A stretch of DNA of 64,000 nucleotides, taken from a bacterium. GTDB taxonomy: Bacteria > Electryoneota > Electryoneia > Electryoneales > Electryoneaceae. The translations under genes and the position numbers were made by a program. The notes beneath the pieces were generated by a model, which was not told where the DNA came from, made no database searches, and was given only the letters and a program-made list of their open reading frames with translations. The stretch covers positions 4,896,001 to 4,960,000 of the forward strand of contig OY769902.1 of NCBI GenBank assembly GCA_963669175.1. The letters are read 5' to 3'. This document shows, piece after piece, positions 17,934 through 27,840 of this stretch. The number at the start of each line of letters is the position of its first letter. Position 1 is the first letter of the stretch.

Positions 17934-19142
17934 TCACAGGTACATGGCAAAGCCGAAAGAGGTCTCTTCGACATCCTGGAACAACGGTGCTTTCTGACCG
18001 GCGCCATAACGGATGTAGAAGAAATACTTGTTACGCATCTCTTCGGCTGATCCCAGCAAAAGACTCAAAGGCCCCAAATAGTATTTCAGACGATCCAGAT
18101 CCTGCGCCCAGGTAAATTCGAGATAACGATTATCCCTGTCCATGCCGGGAATTTCTTTATCCCATGAACACCACTGCGCTTCAAACTGCAGGATGAACAA
18201 GGGGGATAAAGGTGCTTCTGTCCAGATACGTAAATCTTTTCTGGCTGGAACAGTGACCTTATCCTGATCTTCGCCTTCTGCATGATAGATTCCGCTGACA
18301 ACCAGGGGTGACGTCATACGCAGGAAGCCACGTTCTTTCGGGAAGGATCCGACAATCAGGTTCGTAAGCGGAATTTCCAGTTGCAGGCTGCCGGTAGCAT
18401 GCTGGTTGACCACATGGAGCAACTCGTCGGTCAGTGTATCCGTGGCTGTATCAAACTGGAATCCACCCGATGCCTGAAACTCATAAAGCTCATCCAGGAA
18501 ATCATAGTATCCCAGCAAATTCAGAGATCCACTGCTCTCAGTACCATGTTGAAAACGATCTTCTGTGGTAAAAGATCCTGTTGAGGCAAGCTTCAAGTCC
18601 ACATCATCGAAAAGAATATCACTGAAATTACCCAGGTTGATCTTCATGATTGAAATAGCAATGTTATAATCCAGAGCCCCTTGAGCTTCAATACTGGTGA
18701 AACGTCTTAAACCAAGCTGCATGTCGTAATTCGTACCGAATGAAAAAGTATTCTCATGGTCTTGCGCTTTATCCTCGACAACATACTCTGCCTGATCAAC
18801 CATCAAAACCAGGCTCTTACCCGCCTCAAAATCACCATATAGAAAGCACTGATCTTTATGTAATCCACTGGCAAACTGTATGTCCGTAATAACAACATCA
18901 CCATCACGTCCGCTTACTCTCCATCTCCCCGGATCGCTGTAATGTTCAATCTGAGCCTCGTTCAGATCCTTTTTGAAGCGCACGGTCACACGTAAATAGG
19001 TTGATTCTCCGCTTTTGCTTTTTGCTTTGTTCACTGTTTCCAGTATGGCAGGGGAATCCTCATGCAACTCTACCGATTCAATAGCCAGAGCCGAAAATGC
19101 GAATCCAACGATTACAAGAAGACTCAAATAGAATACACGCAT
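17934..19142 (-). CDS. Hypothetical exported protein, possibly outer-membrane beta-rich
   Basis: AAGGAG RBS, signal peptide MRVFYLSLLVIVGFAFSALA, C-terminus SFGFAMYL; no family recognised. Confidence 0.7.
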   Translation of the reverse strand: MRVFYLSLLVIVGFAFSALAIESVELHEDSPAILETVNKAKSKSGESTYLRVTVRFKKDLNEAQIEHYSDPGRWRVSGRDGDVVITDIQFASGLHKDQCFLYGDFEAGKSLVLMVDQAEYVVEDKAQDHENTFSFGTNYDMQLGLRRFTSIEAQGALDYNIAISIMKINLGNFSDILFDDVDLKLASTGSFTTEDRFQHGTESSGSLNLLGYYDFLDELYEFQASGGFQFDTATDTLTDELLHVVNQHATGSLQLEIPLTNLIVGSFPKERGFLRMTSPLVVSGIYHAEGEDQDKVTVPARKDLRIWTEAPLSPLFILQFEAQWCSWDKEIPGMDRDNRYLEFTWAQDLDRLKYYLGPLSLLLGSAEEMRNKYFFYIRYGAGQKAPLFQDVEETSFGFAMYL

Positions 19143-19153
19143 GACATTCTCCT

Positions 19154-19450
19154 TCAGGAAAGAATCCTGGTAAACCAATCGTCAAACAGTGATTGTAATG
19201 TGGTATCGTCATTGATTTCCGGGTCACGTTCTACAACATCCCAGGAATAGGGTTCATTCTGGCATACCGATTTCACTGACTGCAACAACCTGTTTGGCAG
19301 TATGTCATGAAATTCCAATGGTGTAATGACCAGGATTTTCTTTTCAGATAACAAATCCCAGCCGCCGGCCCCCTCTACATCAATCCGAATTTTTGCCAGT
19401 ACGTCAAGAAAGGCCGCCTTGGCATTCTCCATCGTCAGCTCTTTCGCCAT
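19154..19450 (-). CDS. Hypothetical protein
   Basis: GGAGA RBS before ATG 19450; 98 aa, immediately upstream of the exported-protein gene. Confidence 0.55.
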   Translation of the reverse strand: MAKELTMENAKAAFLDVLAKIRIDVEGAGGWDLLSEKKILVITPLEFHDILPNRLLQSVKSVCQNEPYSWDVVERDPEINDDTTLQSLFDDWFTRILS

Positions 19451-19716
19451 TTTTCTTTCTCCCTTTAACCTCACTGAATATCACCTGTTAGTAACTCCCC
19501 TTACCCGCTAGGATAACCTAACATCATTGCTGACACAAGCTAACTTTCGCAAAATTTTCATATTTTGAGAGACTGCCATATTAAGGAACTGTCCCATCAG
19601 ATTGAATGGAAAAATGGACTCATTTCACAGGCTATGATTGCATGCATGAACGAGTCACACTACTTTATTTTGATCAAGCCTTCACACAGTGGCCGACTAC
19701 TTTACAACGGTGCCCC

Positions 19717-22131
19717 ATGTTCAACAGCCGCCTCTTCTTCCGCACAGTCCGCAGAAACCGGTTTTTTACGCTGGTCAACATTGTAGGGCTGACACTGGGT
19801 TTCGGCGTATTCATGTACGCCATGTTGCTGGTCCGATTTGAAAGCAGCTATGACCGGCACATTCCTGATGCAGATCGTATCTATCGTGTCAATACGCAGT
19901 ACACCAGTCCGCAAGGTATAGAAATCACCTCACCCCTTACGGCAGATGGAGTTTGCCCGGTTCTCGCTGAATCCATCCACCAAATTGAACAGGCGTGCAA
20001 TATCTGGTTTCTTCATGAACGAACCCCGCTTCGCCATGAGGACAAGCGCTTTATCGAAGAAGAAATCGCGTATGTTGATCCTGCGTTCCTTGAGATGCTC
20101 GCTGTTGATCTGCATGGTGTATCTGCTGCTGAAGCACTGAAAGATCCATCCGCAATTCTGGTGTCCGAAACAGTTGCAGCGAAATACTTCGGCACTGCTG
20201 ATCCAGTGGGCAAAATCATGATTAAGGATATGGATGAATCCATGCGTGTTGCCGGTGTGTTCACACCTGATCCATTGCCAAGTCATTTACGTGAGGTTGA
20301 CTTCTACTGCCCGCTCACCTATCTCGAATATGAACCATCCGCAGTATGGAAAAACGAAGACAACACTACCTATATCAAGCTGATTGAAGGAGCAACAGTT
20401 GCTGATATTGAGGGTGCAGTCCGTGCGGTAACAGCTAACCATGTGTCCCCGGAACGGCTGGCTAACGGCTACGAGTTGCAGTTCGAACCCATTCGAGATA
20501 TTCACCTCTATTCCACTCTTTCTTCCATCTGGGGAAGCGCCCAGAAGCATGAAACTCGTGTGCTGGACTCGCTTCTGTTCCTTGGCTTTGCCGGTGTGCT
20601 GACACTGCTGGCCGGATGCCTGAACTATGTCAACCTGGCCCTCGCGCAGGGGACACAACGCAGCCGTCAGGTGGGTATCCTGAAAGTGCTGGGCAATTCA
20701 AAGCAGATGATCTTCAGTCACTTCATGATAGAATCTGTCCTGCAAACTCTGCTGGCAGTCGGATTCGCGTTTGTATTACTGGAAGTCGCCTTGCCGTGGC
20801 TGAATGATTTGTCAGGGATTAGCTTATCATTGGCCACGATCAATGTTCCCCTTTTCGTTACATCCATGATCATGTGTAGCGTTCTGATCGGTTTTCTGGC
20901 TGGTTTGTATCCTGCGCTGGTGACTTCAAGGTTCCAGCCGTCTATGATTATGTCGGGACATACTGCATTCGGTAATCGTTCCGGATGGCTACGAACCTCG
21001 CTTGTGTTCGTACAATTCCTGACTGTATCCGTTCTCCTTGCCACTTCCCTGCTCATGTGGCGTCAATTGGCTTACATGACTAAAAACACGACCGACGCAG
21101 ACAACGAACGTCTGCTGGTGATGACAATCCCCATGAGCCGGATGCGGTTGTCCTTTGATCCGGTTCACACTGCGATTCGTGACCAGTTGGAATGTTTGCC
21201 CGGTGTTGTTTCAATGGCAAGCAGTGATCGTCTGCCTTTCCTGTATGATGTACCTATGGCGCTCGCCACAGCTTCCGGCGATTCATCGATCCTGGTTCAT
21301 ACCATCGGAGGAGGCGATCATTACATCGAATCGTTGGGATTAAACCTCATCGCGGGACATTCCTTTGCGGATGAAGCGGTTGCGTCTGTTCAGAACGCCA
21401 TTATCCTGAACCAGCGTGCAGCGGCTTCTTTGGGCGGAGTTGAATCCATAGGACGCACATTCTACAACAGCTATCCCAATTCGGGAGAAGATCCGGAGGA
21501 ACGTGTGGTGGTTGGGATTGTGGAAGATTTTCACCTGCAATCCAAGCATAACACCATCCCGGCTGTCATGTTGGAAAGACAATCCTATTACGCTGCATAT
21601 TATCTGCTCAGGATCAACAAGGACCGGCAGGCGAGTGTTGTGTTAGGGATAAACCGTGCCTGGAAAGAAGCCGGATTGGAAACCTGCCCCGATATTCAGT
21701 TTTTGTCAGACATTGAGCTGGCGTCATATCGCTCGGACCGTCATCTGCAAAGCCTGTTGCAGCTATTCACCACGGTTCTGCTGGTCATCGCCACCATCGG
21801 CCTGCTGGCGATGTCGTTGAATACGGTCAACCAACGCCAGTCGGAAATCGCTATCCGTAAAGTGTTCGGCGCAGAAGCCCCGGTGTTGCTTGTAATGATC
21901 CTGGGCAACTTCCTGCGTCCGGTGATTCTTGCTAACCTTCTGGCGATTATCCCGGCGATAGTCATCATGCAACGCTGGCTGATGCACTTCGCCTATCATG
22001 TGGAAATCGGACCGGTACCGTTTCTGGCCGTTACGCTGTTTTCGCTGATTCTGGCAACACTGGCTGTACTGGTGCAGGTGCTGAAACTGGTTCGAACCAA
22101 TCCGGTGAAGTTGTTGCGTCAGACAACGTAG
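19717..22131 (+). CDS. ABC transporter permease, duplicated MacB-PCD/FtsX architecture
   Basis: FTLVNIVGLTLG, YDRHIPDADRIYRV, NYVNL..R.RQVGILKVLG, VVVGIVEDFH, EIAIRKVFGA, NPVKLLR. Confidence 0.92.
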   Translation: MFNSRLFFRTVRRNRFFTLVNIVGLTLGFGVFMYAMLLVRFESSYDRHIPDADRIYRVNTQYTSPQGIEITSPLTADGVCPVLAESIHQIEQACNIWFLHERTPLRHEDKRFIEEEIAYVDPAFLEMLAVDLHGVSAAEALKDPSAILVSETVAAKYFGTADPVGKIMIKDMDESMRVAGVFTPDPLPSHLREVDFYCPLTYLEYEPSAVWKNEDNTTYIKLIEGATVADIEGAVRAVTANHVSPERLANGYELQFEPIRDIHLYSTLSSIWGSAQKHETRVLDSLLFLGFAGVLTLLAGCLNYVNLALAQGTQRSRQVGILKVLGNSKQMIFSHFMIESVLQTLLAVGFAFVLLEVALPWLNDLSGISLSLATINVPLFVTSMIMCSVLIGFLAGLYPALVTSRFQPSMIMSGHTAFGNRSGWLRTSLVFVQFLTVSVLLATSLLMWRQLAYMTKNTTDADNERLLVMTIPMSRMRLSFDPVHTAIRDQLECLPGVVSMASSDRLPFLYDVPMALATASGDSSILVHTIGGGDHYIESLGLNLIAGHSFADEAVASVQNAIILNQRAAASLGGVESIGRTFYNSYPNSGEDPEERVVVGIVEDFHLQSKHNTIPAVMLERQSYYAAYYLLRINKDRQASVVLGINRAWKEAGLETCPDIQFLSDIELASYRSDRHLQSLLQLFTTVLLVIATIGLLAMSLNTVNQRQSEIAIRKVFGAEAPVLLVMILGNFLRPVILANLLAIIPAIVIMQRWLMHFAYHVEIGPVPFLAVTLFSLILATLAVLVQVLKLVRTNPVKLLRQTT

Positions 22132-22142
22132 TTTGCGTTTCT

Positions 22143-22285
22143 AATGGCCCCGTCCGGCTTGAAATACGCCATAGCTTGCAACACTATTGGCCCCGTCCGG
22201 CTTGCCCGGCGGGGTCTATTCTAAATAGATAGAAGAATACGTCCACTTGTTGTAATCTAATTTATTCCAAGAAGTTATTCCGCTC
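22143..22285 (+). repeat. REP-A element with long AT-rich tail
   Basis: TATTGGCCCCGTCCGGCTTGCCCGGCGGGGTCTATT...TCCACTTGT..CTAATTTATTCCAAGAAGTTA; direct repeat of 23011-23155. Confidence 0.85.
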
Positions 22286-22297
22286 GTGGTTTACTCG

Positions 22298-22324
22298 CCG
22301 GACCGAGGACAGTCCGGGCTACAC
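22298..22324 (-). repeat. GTAG-type REP
   Basis: Minus strand reads GTGTAG-CCCGGAC-TGTCCTCG-GTCCGG: GTAG tetranucleotide followed by a GC hairpin. Confidence 0.55.
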
Positions 22325-22363
22325 AATACTCCTACACCAGACTACGCCAAGCGATATCGCAGA

Positions 22364-22966
22364 TCAGGAATGCTTCAACTTCACCCCGTTGAGCAGACCA
22401 AAGTGTACCTTGCAGGCGGTCACCAGGTCTTCCGGGTAGACACGTTCCCCAAGGACCACCTCACGATAAGCCTGCGCCATCTGGAAACTGGCGACAGGAT
22501 AGGACAGTTTCCCCACGCCGGTACCTAACCCCGGAATCGCTACGCTTTTGATCGCCGGTTGATCCGTATGAGTTATCGCCGAGATCAGGATGGCTTTCAT
22601 GCAGAGATAAGCGTTGACCGTACCGGCGATGTTTTCCGGGACACGCATGGTAGGAGCGCTGATCAGCCAGGGAATTTTCGTATCATGCGTCGGTACCATA
22701 AGCGTTTCCCCGACCAGCAGTTCCTGCATGGGTCGCGCACGGATCGCTTCCTGCGCCCGCTTCTCCAGGTCCCAGCCAAACCGGTACGAGATAGCCAGAT
22801 CCAGCCCGCCATCCATAAAACCGAACGAGTTCGCCGGGCTCACAATCGCATCAACATCCAACGTACAGATGTCGGCGCTTACAATCTCGACCTGATCCAG
22901 CCCGTGGAAATCCTGTCGCCAGCAATCCAGCAGACTCTCGTTCAGGTCTGTAAGGAGAATTTTCAT
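22364..22966 (-). CDS. Macro domain protein (ADP-ribose binding/hydrolase)
   Basis: DAIVSPANSFGFMDGGLD, APTMRVP, SVAIPGLGTGVG macrodomain motifs. Confidence 0.92.
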   Translation of the reverse strand: MKILLTDLNESLLDCWRQDFHGLDQVEIVSADICTLDVDAIVSPANSFGFMDGGLDLAISYRFGWDLEKRAQEAIRARPMQELLVGETLMVPTHDTKIPWLISAPTMRVPENIAGTVNAYLCMKAILISAITHTDQPAIKSVAIPGLGTGVGKLSYPVASFQMAQAYREVVLGERVYPEDLVTACKVHFGLLNGVKLKHS

Positions 22967-23010
22967 ACCCCCCCCCGAATCACACTTGCACAAGAATAAC
23001 TTGCCCCACT

Positions 23011-23155
23011 GTAGCTTGCAACACTCTTGGCCCCGCCGGCTTGAAACACGCCGTAGCTTGCGAAGGCGGTTGCCCGGCGGGGTTTATTATAATTAGATAA
23101 AAGGGTGCATCCACTTGTAGTATTCTAATTTATTCCAAGAAGTTAGTCCTTCAGT
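23011..23155 (+). repeat. REP-A element with long AT-rich tail
   Basis: TTGGCCCCGCCGGCTTGAAACACGCCGTAGCTTGCGAAGGCGGTTGCCCGGCGGGGTTTATT...GAAGTTAGTCCTTCAG. Confidence 0.85.
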
Positions 23156-23198
23156 TGTAAAAATCATATTCAGAGAAGCAAGTCCACACGTAGTAAGA

Positions 23199-23714
23199 TC
23201 ACCAGGGATCATCCATCTTCAACGGATCTGCTTCACCTGTGAGCCAGAAGCGCGCGCTCGACCATCGCCACTGTTCAGCCTCTTCCACCAGTTCACGCTT
23301 CACCGGATTGTTATGCATGTAGTTGATCATATGGTGAACCGCATCACGCGTTGTAACAGGCTTATCATAGCCATGCCCAGGTGTCCAGAACCTGCGTTTC
23401 GTACGTTTCCCTTCTTTTACAGTGTACAGGGGTTTCAACTCAGGAAAACGCTCGTCCAACCAGTTCAGCGCGTGAAAGGCAAACGGGCGACGTATCCCAT
23501 TCAGAATCTCTGAGATCGTCACTTCAGGAGATGCATCCAGAAGCAGGTGTACGTGATTGGGCATGACGACAAACCCAAATAACTTGAAGTGATAGCGTTC
23601 TCTTGCCTTTTGCAATTGATCGATGAACAGGGTATAGAGAGGTTCACCCTTGAACAACCACTGCTTGTTGAAGCAGGAGAAGGTAAGGTAATGCGCGGGT
23701 GTTAGGGCGGACAT
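23199..23714 (-). mobile_element. REP-associated tyrosine transposase (RAYT, IS200-like Y1 HUH)
   Basis: HYLTFSC, FVVMPNHVHLL (HUH), RFWTPGHGYD, catalytic INYMHNNPVK, WRWSS; intact frame, flanked by REP-like palindromes. Confidence 0.92.
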
Positions 23715-23893
23715 GATTTCTCTTTCAACTTTGAATTGCCTTACGAACAAACACAAGATAGACAACCTAATTTATTATATTACTGCAATTTACAAAGCCA
23801 ATATTGTGTAGCACAAAAACAGCTTGGCATTTTCTTGAAAATAGTGAATACTAGAAGTATATTCAAAGCAAGTTGATTGAAAGGAGCTTTCTC

Positions 23894-24862
23894 GTGACTG
23901 AAATTCAAGTTGTTGATGACCAATACTCATACGACGATGCAAATGAATTTTTCACAGACACGTTATTACACAATATAATCAATAAACATAATCTACGAGA
24001 TGCTGATTCTGTTATATTCAGAGGTCAAGCAAACGCATCATGGCATTTGGTCCCTAGTGCATGTAGAAGACTGGGCCTTCAAAAATTACTGAAAATTTGT
24101 TTTCCCGAAAAGATTACATGTGACTATTCAGATGATAATCCATCTACATTATCAATAATTGAAAAGGAAATTGGTTTCTCAATTGAAGAGGATGGCGGAA
24201 AATTTATCACTGATTGCGAGCAATATGCTTTAGCAAAATTCATTCTCTCAGCAGATCAATATGGTCTTGATTTATATGATCTTTCATCAGAAATAAAATC
24301 ATTACTTATGGAAATAGTCGACACAACAAAACATGGTGTAATACCAATAAATACAACAGATAATCTAATTTTTGATCCTACTTTTGACCCCCTATTTGCC
24401 CTTGCACAACATCATGGTATTCCAACACGATTGTTAGATTGGTCTAGGTCACCCCACATTGCTGCATATTTCGCGGCCAGTACAGCTTTAAACAATAACA
24501 ATAAAGAAGATATTGCCTTGTGGGTTATGAATATTGATAGAGCAAATTACTCTTCCTCGGCCAATGGTTTTCGTATCATTCAAGTTCCATATAGAAATAA
24601 TATTAATCTTAGAGCACAGCAAGGATTATTCTTATTTAAATATGGAATAAAACAGAAGATCAAGGAAGATTATGAAGGATTTGACATGCATTATTCAAAC
24701 TCAAAAGAATGTCCAGTAATAGAGAAGCCTATGTTCCTCAAGTACACACTCAAGTTTAGTGAAGTCGAAAATTTATTAAGTATTCTTAATATGAATAATA
24801 TAAATCGTGCTACTATATTCCCCGGTTTGGATAATATTGCACAACATATATATGAATATTGA
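23894..24862 (+). CDS. FRG domain-containing protein
   Basis: IFRGQANASWHLVPS, LAQHHGIPTRLLDWSRSPHIAAYFA, NLRAQQGLF, TIFPGLD; markedly AT-rich; AAGGAG RBS with GTG 23894. Confidence 0.93.
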   Translation: MTEIQVVDDQYSYDDANEFFTDTLLHNIINKHNLRDADSVIFRGQANASWHLVPSACRRLGLQKLLKICFPEKITCDYSDDNPSTLSIIEKEIGFSIEEDGGKFITDCEQYALAKFILSADQYGLDLYDLSSEIKSLLMEIVDTTKHGVIPINTTDNLIFDPTFDPLFALAQHHGIPTRLLDWSRSPHIAAYFAASTALNNNNKEDIALWVMNIDRANYSSSANGFRIIQVPYRNNINLRAQQGLFLFKYGIKQKIKEDYEGFDMHYSNSKECPVIEKPMFLKYTLKFSEVENLLSILNMNNINRATIFPGLDNIAQHIYEY

Positions 24863-24908
24863 ACATTTGGATTTTTTCGTGCTTTAATGTAGCATTTGAG
24901 GAGGAACT

Positions 24909-25002
24909 ACTGAAGGACGAACTCTCTAATCTAATAATAATAGACCCCGCCGGGCAACCGCCTTCGCAAGCTACGGCATGTTTCAAGCCGGCGGGGCCAA
25001 TT
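24909..25002 (-). repeat. REP-A element, inverted
   Basis: Reverse complement is nearly identical to the 23028-23090 core and ends in GAGTTCGTCCTTCAG. Confidence 0.85.
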
Positions 25003-25024
25003 GTGTATTAAGCTTTGTAAGCGT

Positions 25025-25058
25025 AAAAAAGGGCTGACCGAATAAGGACAGCCCTTTT
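25025..25058 (-). terminator. Terminator of ppdK (probably bidirectional)
   Basis: AAAAAAGGGCTG...CAGCCCTTTT. Confidence 0.7.
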
Positions 25059-25110
25059 CACATCAATCGAAAGACTGATTCCAGAAAAGAATCAATCCGT
25101 TTTCAATCGT

Positions 25111-27840
25111 TTAGTCTTCCAGTGCAGCGCGTGCCGCGGCGAAGCGGGCGATCGGTACACGGAAGGGCGAGCAGGACACGTAGTCCAGGCCGACCTTGTG
25201 GAAGAAGTGGATCGAATCCGGGTCGCCGCCGTGCTCACCGCAGACGCCCAGGTGGAAATGATCTTCCGGCTTCTTCACGGCTTTCGCCTTGTCGACCGCG
25301 ATCTTCACCAAACCGCCAACACCTGCCTGATCGATGGACTGGAACGGATCCTTCTTGTAGATGCCCAGTTCGACATACTGTGGCAGGAAAGTTCCGGAGT
25401 CGTCACGGCTGAAGCCGCAACCCATCTGGGTCAGGTCGTTGGTGCCGAAGCTGAAGAATTCTGCGTGCTGTGCGATCTCATCGGCTGTTACCGCTGCGCG
25501 CGGTACTTCGATCATGGTGCCGACCTTGTAGTCGAGTTCAGGAAGGTTCTTCTCTTCCTTGACCTTGGCTGCGACTTCGTGTACGATCTTCGCCTGGTTC
25601 TCGAGTTCACGAGCATTGCCAACCAACGGAATCATGATCTCGGGATGGACTTCCACACCTTCCGCGGTCAACTGCGCGGCCGCTTCGAGGATCGCGGTGG
25701 CCTGCATCCGGGTCACTTCCGGCATCGAGATGCCGAGACGGCAACCACGGTGTCCGAGCATCGGGTTGAACTCGTGCAACTGGACGATGCGTTCCTTGAC
25801 CTGTGCAGCGTCCACACCCAATTCAGACGCGATCTCGTTGATCTTCTCGTCGTCTTCCATCGGGGGCAGGAACTCGTGAAGCGGCGGATCCAGGGTACGG
25901 ATGGTCACGCAGAACGGGCTCATCGCCTTCAGGATACCGTAGAAGTCATCACGCTGGAAAGGCAGCAGCTTGGCCAGTGCCTTTTCACGTGCTTCGGTGG
26001 TGTCGGACAGAATCATGGTCCGCATAGCCTTGATGCGTTCTTCGCCGAAGAACATGTGCTCGGTACGAGTCAGGCCGATGCCCTGGGCACCGAACTTACG
26101 TGCCAGCGCGGCGTCGTGCGGGTTGTCAGCGTTGGTACGGACACCCAGCTTACGAGTTTTGTCGGCGATTTCCATCAGCTTCTTGTACCACTGGTTGCTA
26201 TCGGGATCGGCATCCGCGACCGGCATCTTTTCGCCGTAGACAATACCCTTGGTACCGTTCAGGCTGATCCAGTCACCTTCCTTGTAGGTCTTGCCCTTGA
26301 CGGTCATGGTGCGGTTCTTGTAGTCGATATCGAGCGCAGAGCAACCTACGATACAGGTCTTGCCCCAACCACGTGCGACCAGGGCGGCGTGGGAGGTCAT
26401 ACCACCACGTGCGGTCAGAATACCCTTGGCCGCGCTCATGCCGTCCACATCTTCCGGGCTGGTTTCGAGACGGACCAGGACCAGTTCTTCCTTCGGGTTG
26501 GCCTTGACCATCTTGTGGGCACGTTCGGCGTTGAACACGATCTTGCCAACTGCGCCGCCGGGGCCTGCCGGGAGACCCTTCGCGATCTTGGTCGCGGTCT
26601 TCTCTTCGACCGGGTCCAGCATCGGGTGCAAGAGTTCGTCGATCTGGTCTGGTTTCACGCGCTTCAGCGCGGTGACTTCGTCGATCAGACCTTCATCCAG
26701 CATGTCCATGGCCATACGAACCGCGGCGAGACCGTTGCGCTTGCCAACGCGGGTCTGCAGCATCCAAAGACGGCCCTTCTCGATGGTGAACTCGAGGTCC
26801 TGCATGTCGTTGTAGTGGTGCTCAAGGCGGTCACGGATCCCGACCAACTGCTTGTACAGGTCGGGGCTCTTTTCCTCGAGGCTGGGCAGCATGTCATTCT
26901 GACCGGCCTGCTTGCAGTAGTTGTTCAGGGCGTTCGGGGTACGGATACCCGCGACGACGTCTTCACCCTGCGCGTTGATCAGCCATTCACCGTAGAAATG
27001 CGGGTCGCCAGTGGCGGGGTCGCGTGTGAAGGCAACGCCTGTGGCGCTGTCATCGCCCATGTTCCCGAAGACCATGGTTTGTACGTTGACCGCTGTGCCC
27101 CAGTCATCGGGCAGGTTTTCAATGCGGCGGTAGGCGATGGCGCGACGACCGAACCAGGACTGGAATACGGCGCCGATGCCGCCCCAGAGCTGCTCCCACG
27201 GATCATCCGGGAAGTCCTTGCCCAATACTTCCTTCACCTTGGCCTTGTAGTCTTCGCAAAGCTGCTTCAGGTCTTCGGCGGTCAGGTCGGTGTCAACCTT
27301 GTAGCCCTTTTCGTCCTTCACCTTGTCCATCAGCATTTCGAGCTGGGGACGGACGGCCATTTCTTCGTCTTCGTATTCGATACCAACGGCCTTCTCCATC
27401 ACCACGTCACTGTACATGGTGATCAGGCGACGGTAAGCGTCGTACACAAAACGTTCGTCACCGCTCAGCTTGATCATGCCGGGGATGGTGGCGCTGCAGA
27501 GACCGACGTTCAGGACGGTTTCCATCATGCCGGGCATGGACTGACGTGCGCCGGAACGAACGCTGACCAGCAGCGGGTTTTCCGGATCGCCAAACGTCTT
27601 GCCCATAATGGCTTCCACACCGGCCATGGCTTCCTTGGTCTGCTGGACGGCATCATCCGGCAGCTTGTTGCCATTTTCAAAAAAGACAAGGTTGGTTTCG
27701 GTGGTCAGCGTGAATCCCGGGGGTACCGGAATATTCAGACTGGTCATTTCCGCCAGGTTGGCGCCCTTGCCACCCAACAGGTTCTTCATGTCTGCGGAAC
27801 CATCGGCCTTGCCATCGCCGAAGAAATAAACGTGCTTCAC
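25111..27840 (-). CDS. ppdK: Pyruvate, phosphate dikinase
   Basis: LLGGKGANLAEM, VSVRSGAR.SMPGMM, GGMTSHAALVARG (phospho-His), FSFGTNDLTQ, GVCGEHGGDP. Confidence 0.99.
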   Translation of the reverse strand: MKHVYFFGDGKADGSADMKNLLGGKGANLAEMTSLNIPVPPGFTLTTETNLVFFENGNKLPDDAVQQTKEAMAGVEAIMGKTFGDPENPLLVSVRSGARQSMPGMMETVLNVGLCSATIPGMIKLSGDERFVYDAYRRLITMYSDVVMEKAVGIEYEDEEMAVRPQLEMLMDKVKDEKGYKVDTDLTAEDLKQLCEDYKAKVKEVLGKDFPDDPWEQLWGGIGAVFQSWFGRRAIAYRRIENLPDDWGTAVNVQTMVFGNMGDDSATGVAFTRDPATGDPHFYGEWLINAQGEDVVAGIRTPNALNNYCKQAGQNDMLPSLEEKSPDLYKQLVGIRDRLEHHYNDMQDLEFTIEKGRLWMLQTRVGKRNGLAAVRMAMDMLDEGLIDEVTALKRVKPDQIDELLHPMLDPVEEKTATKIAKGLPAGPGGAVGKIVFNAERAHKMVKANPKEELVLVRLETSPEDVDGMSAAKGILTARGGMTSHAALVARGWGKTCIVGCSALDIDYKNRTMTVKGKTYKEGDWISLNGTKGIVYGEKMPVADADPDSNQWYKKLMEIADKTRKLGVRTNADNPHDAALARKFGAQGIGLTRTEHMFFGEERIKAMRTMILSDTTEAREKALAKLLPFQRDDFYGILKAMSPFCVTIRTLDPPLHEFLPPMEDDEKINEIASELGVDAAQVKERIVQLHEFNPMLGHRGCRLGISMPEVTRMQATAILEAAAQLTAEGVEVHPEIMIPLVGNARELENQAKIVHEVAAKVKEEKNLPELDYKVGTMIEVPRAAVTADEIAQHAEFFSFGTNDLTQMGCGFSRDDSGTFLPQYVELGIYKKDPFQSIDQAGVGGLVKIAVDKAKAVKKPEDHFHLGVCGEHGGDPDSIHFFHKVGLDYVSCSPFRVPIARFAAARAALED

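Noticed and set aside
22304-22324. GAGGACAGTCCGGGCT resembles the RNase P RNA 5' motif GAGGAAAGTCC
   Set aside because: There is no room for a ~350-nt RNA (the macro CDS ends 40 bp away) and no 3' P4 motif was seen; better explained as a GTAG REP on the minus strand.
22143-25002. Classical integron with attC sites
   Set aside because: No tyrosine-recombinase integrase in the window, and the repeats lack consistent RYYYAAC...GTTRRRY ends.
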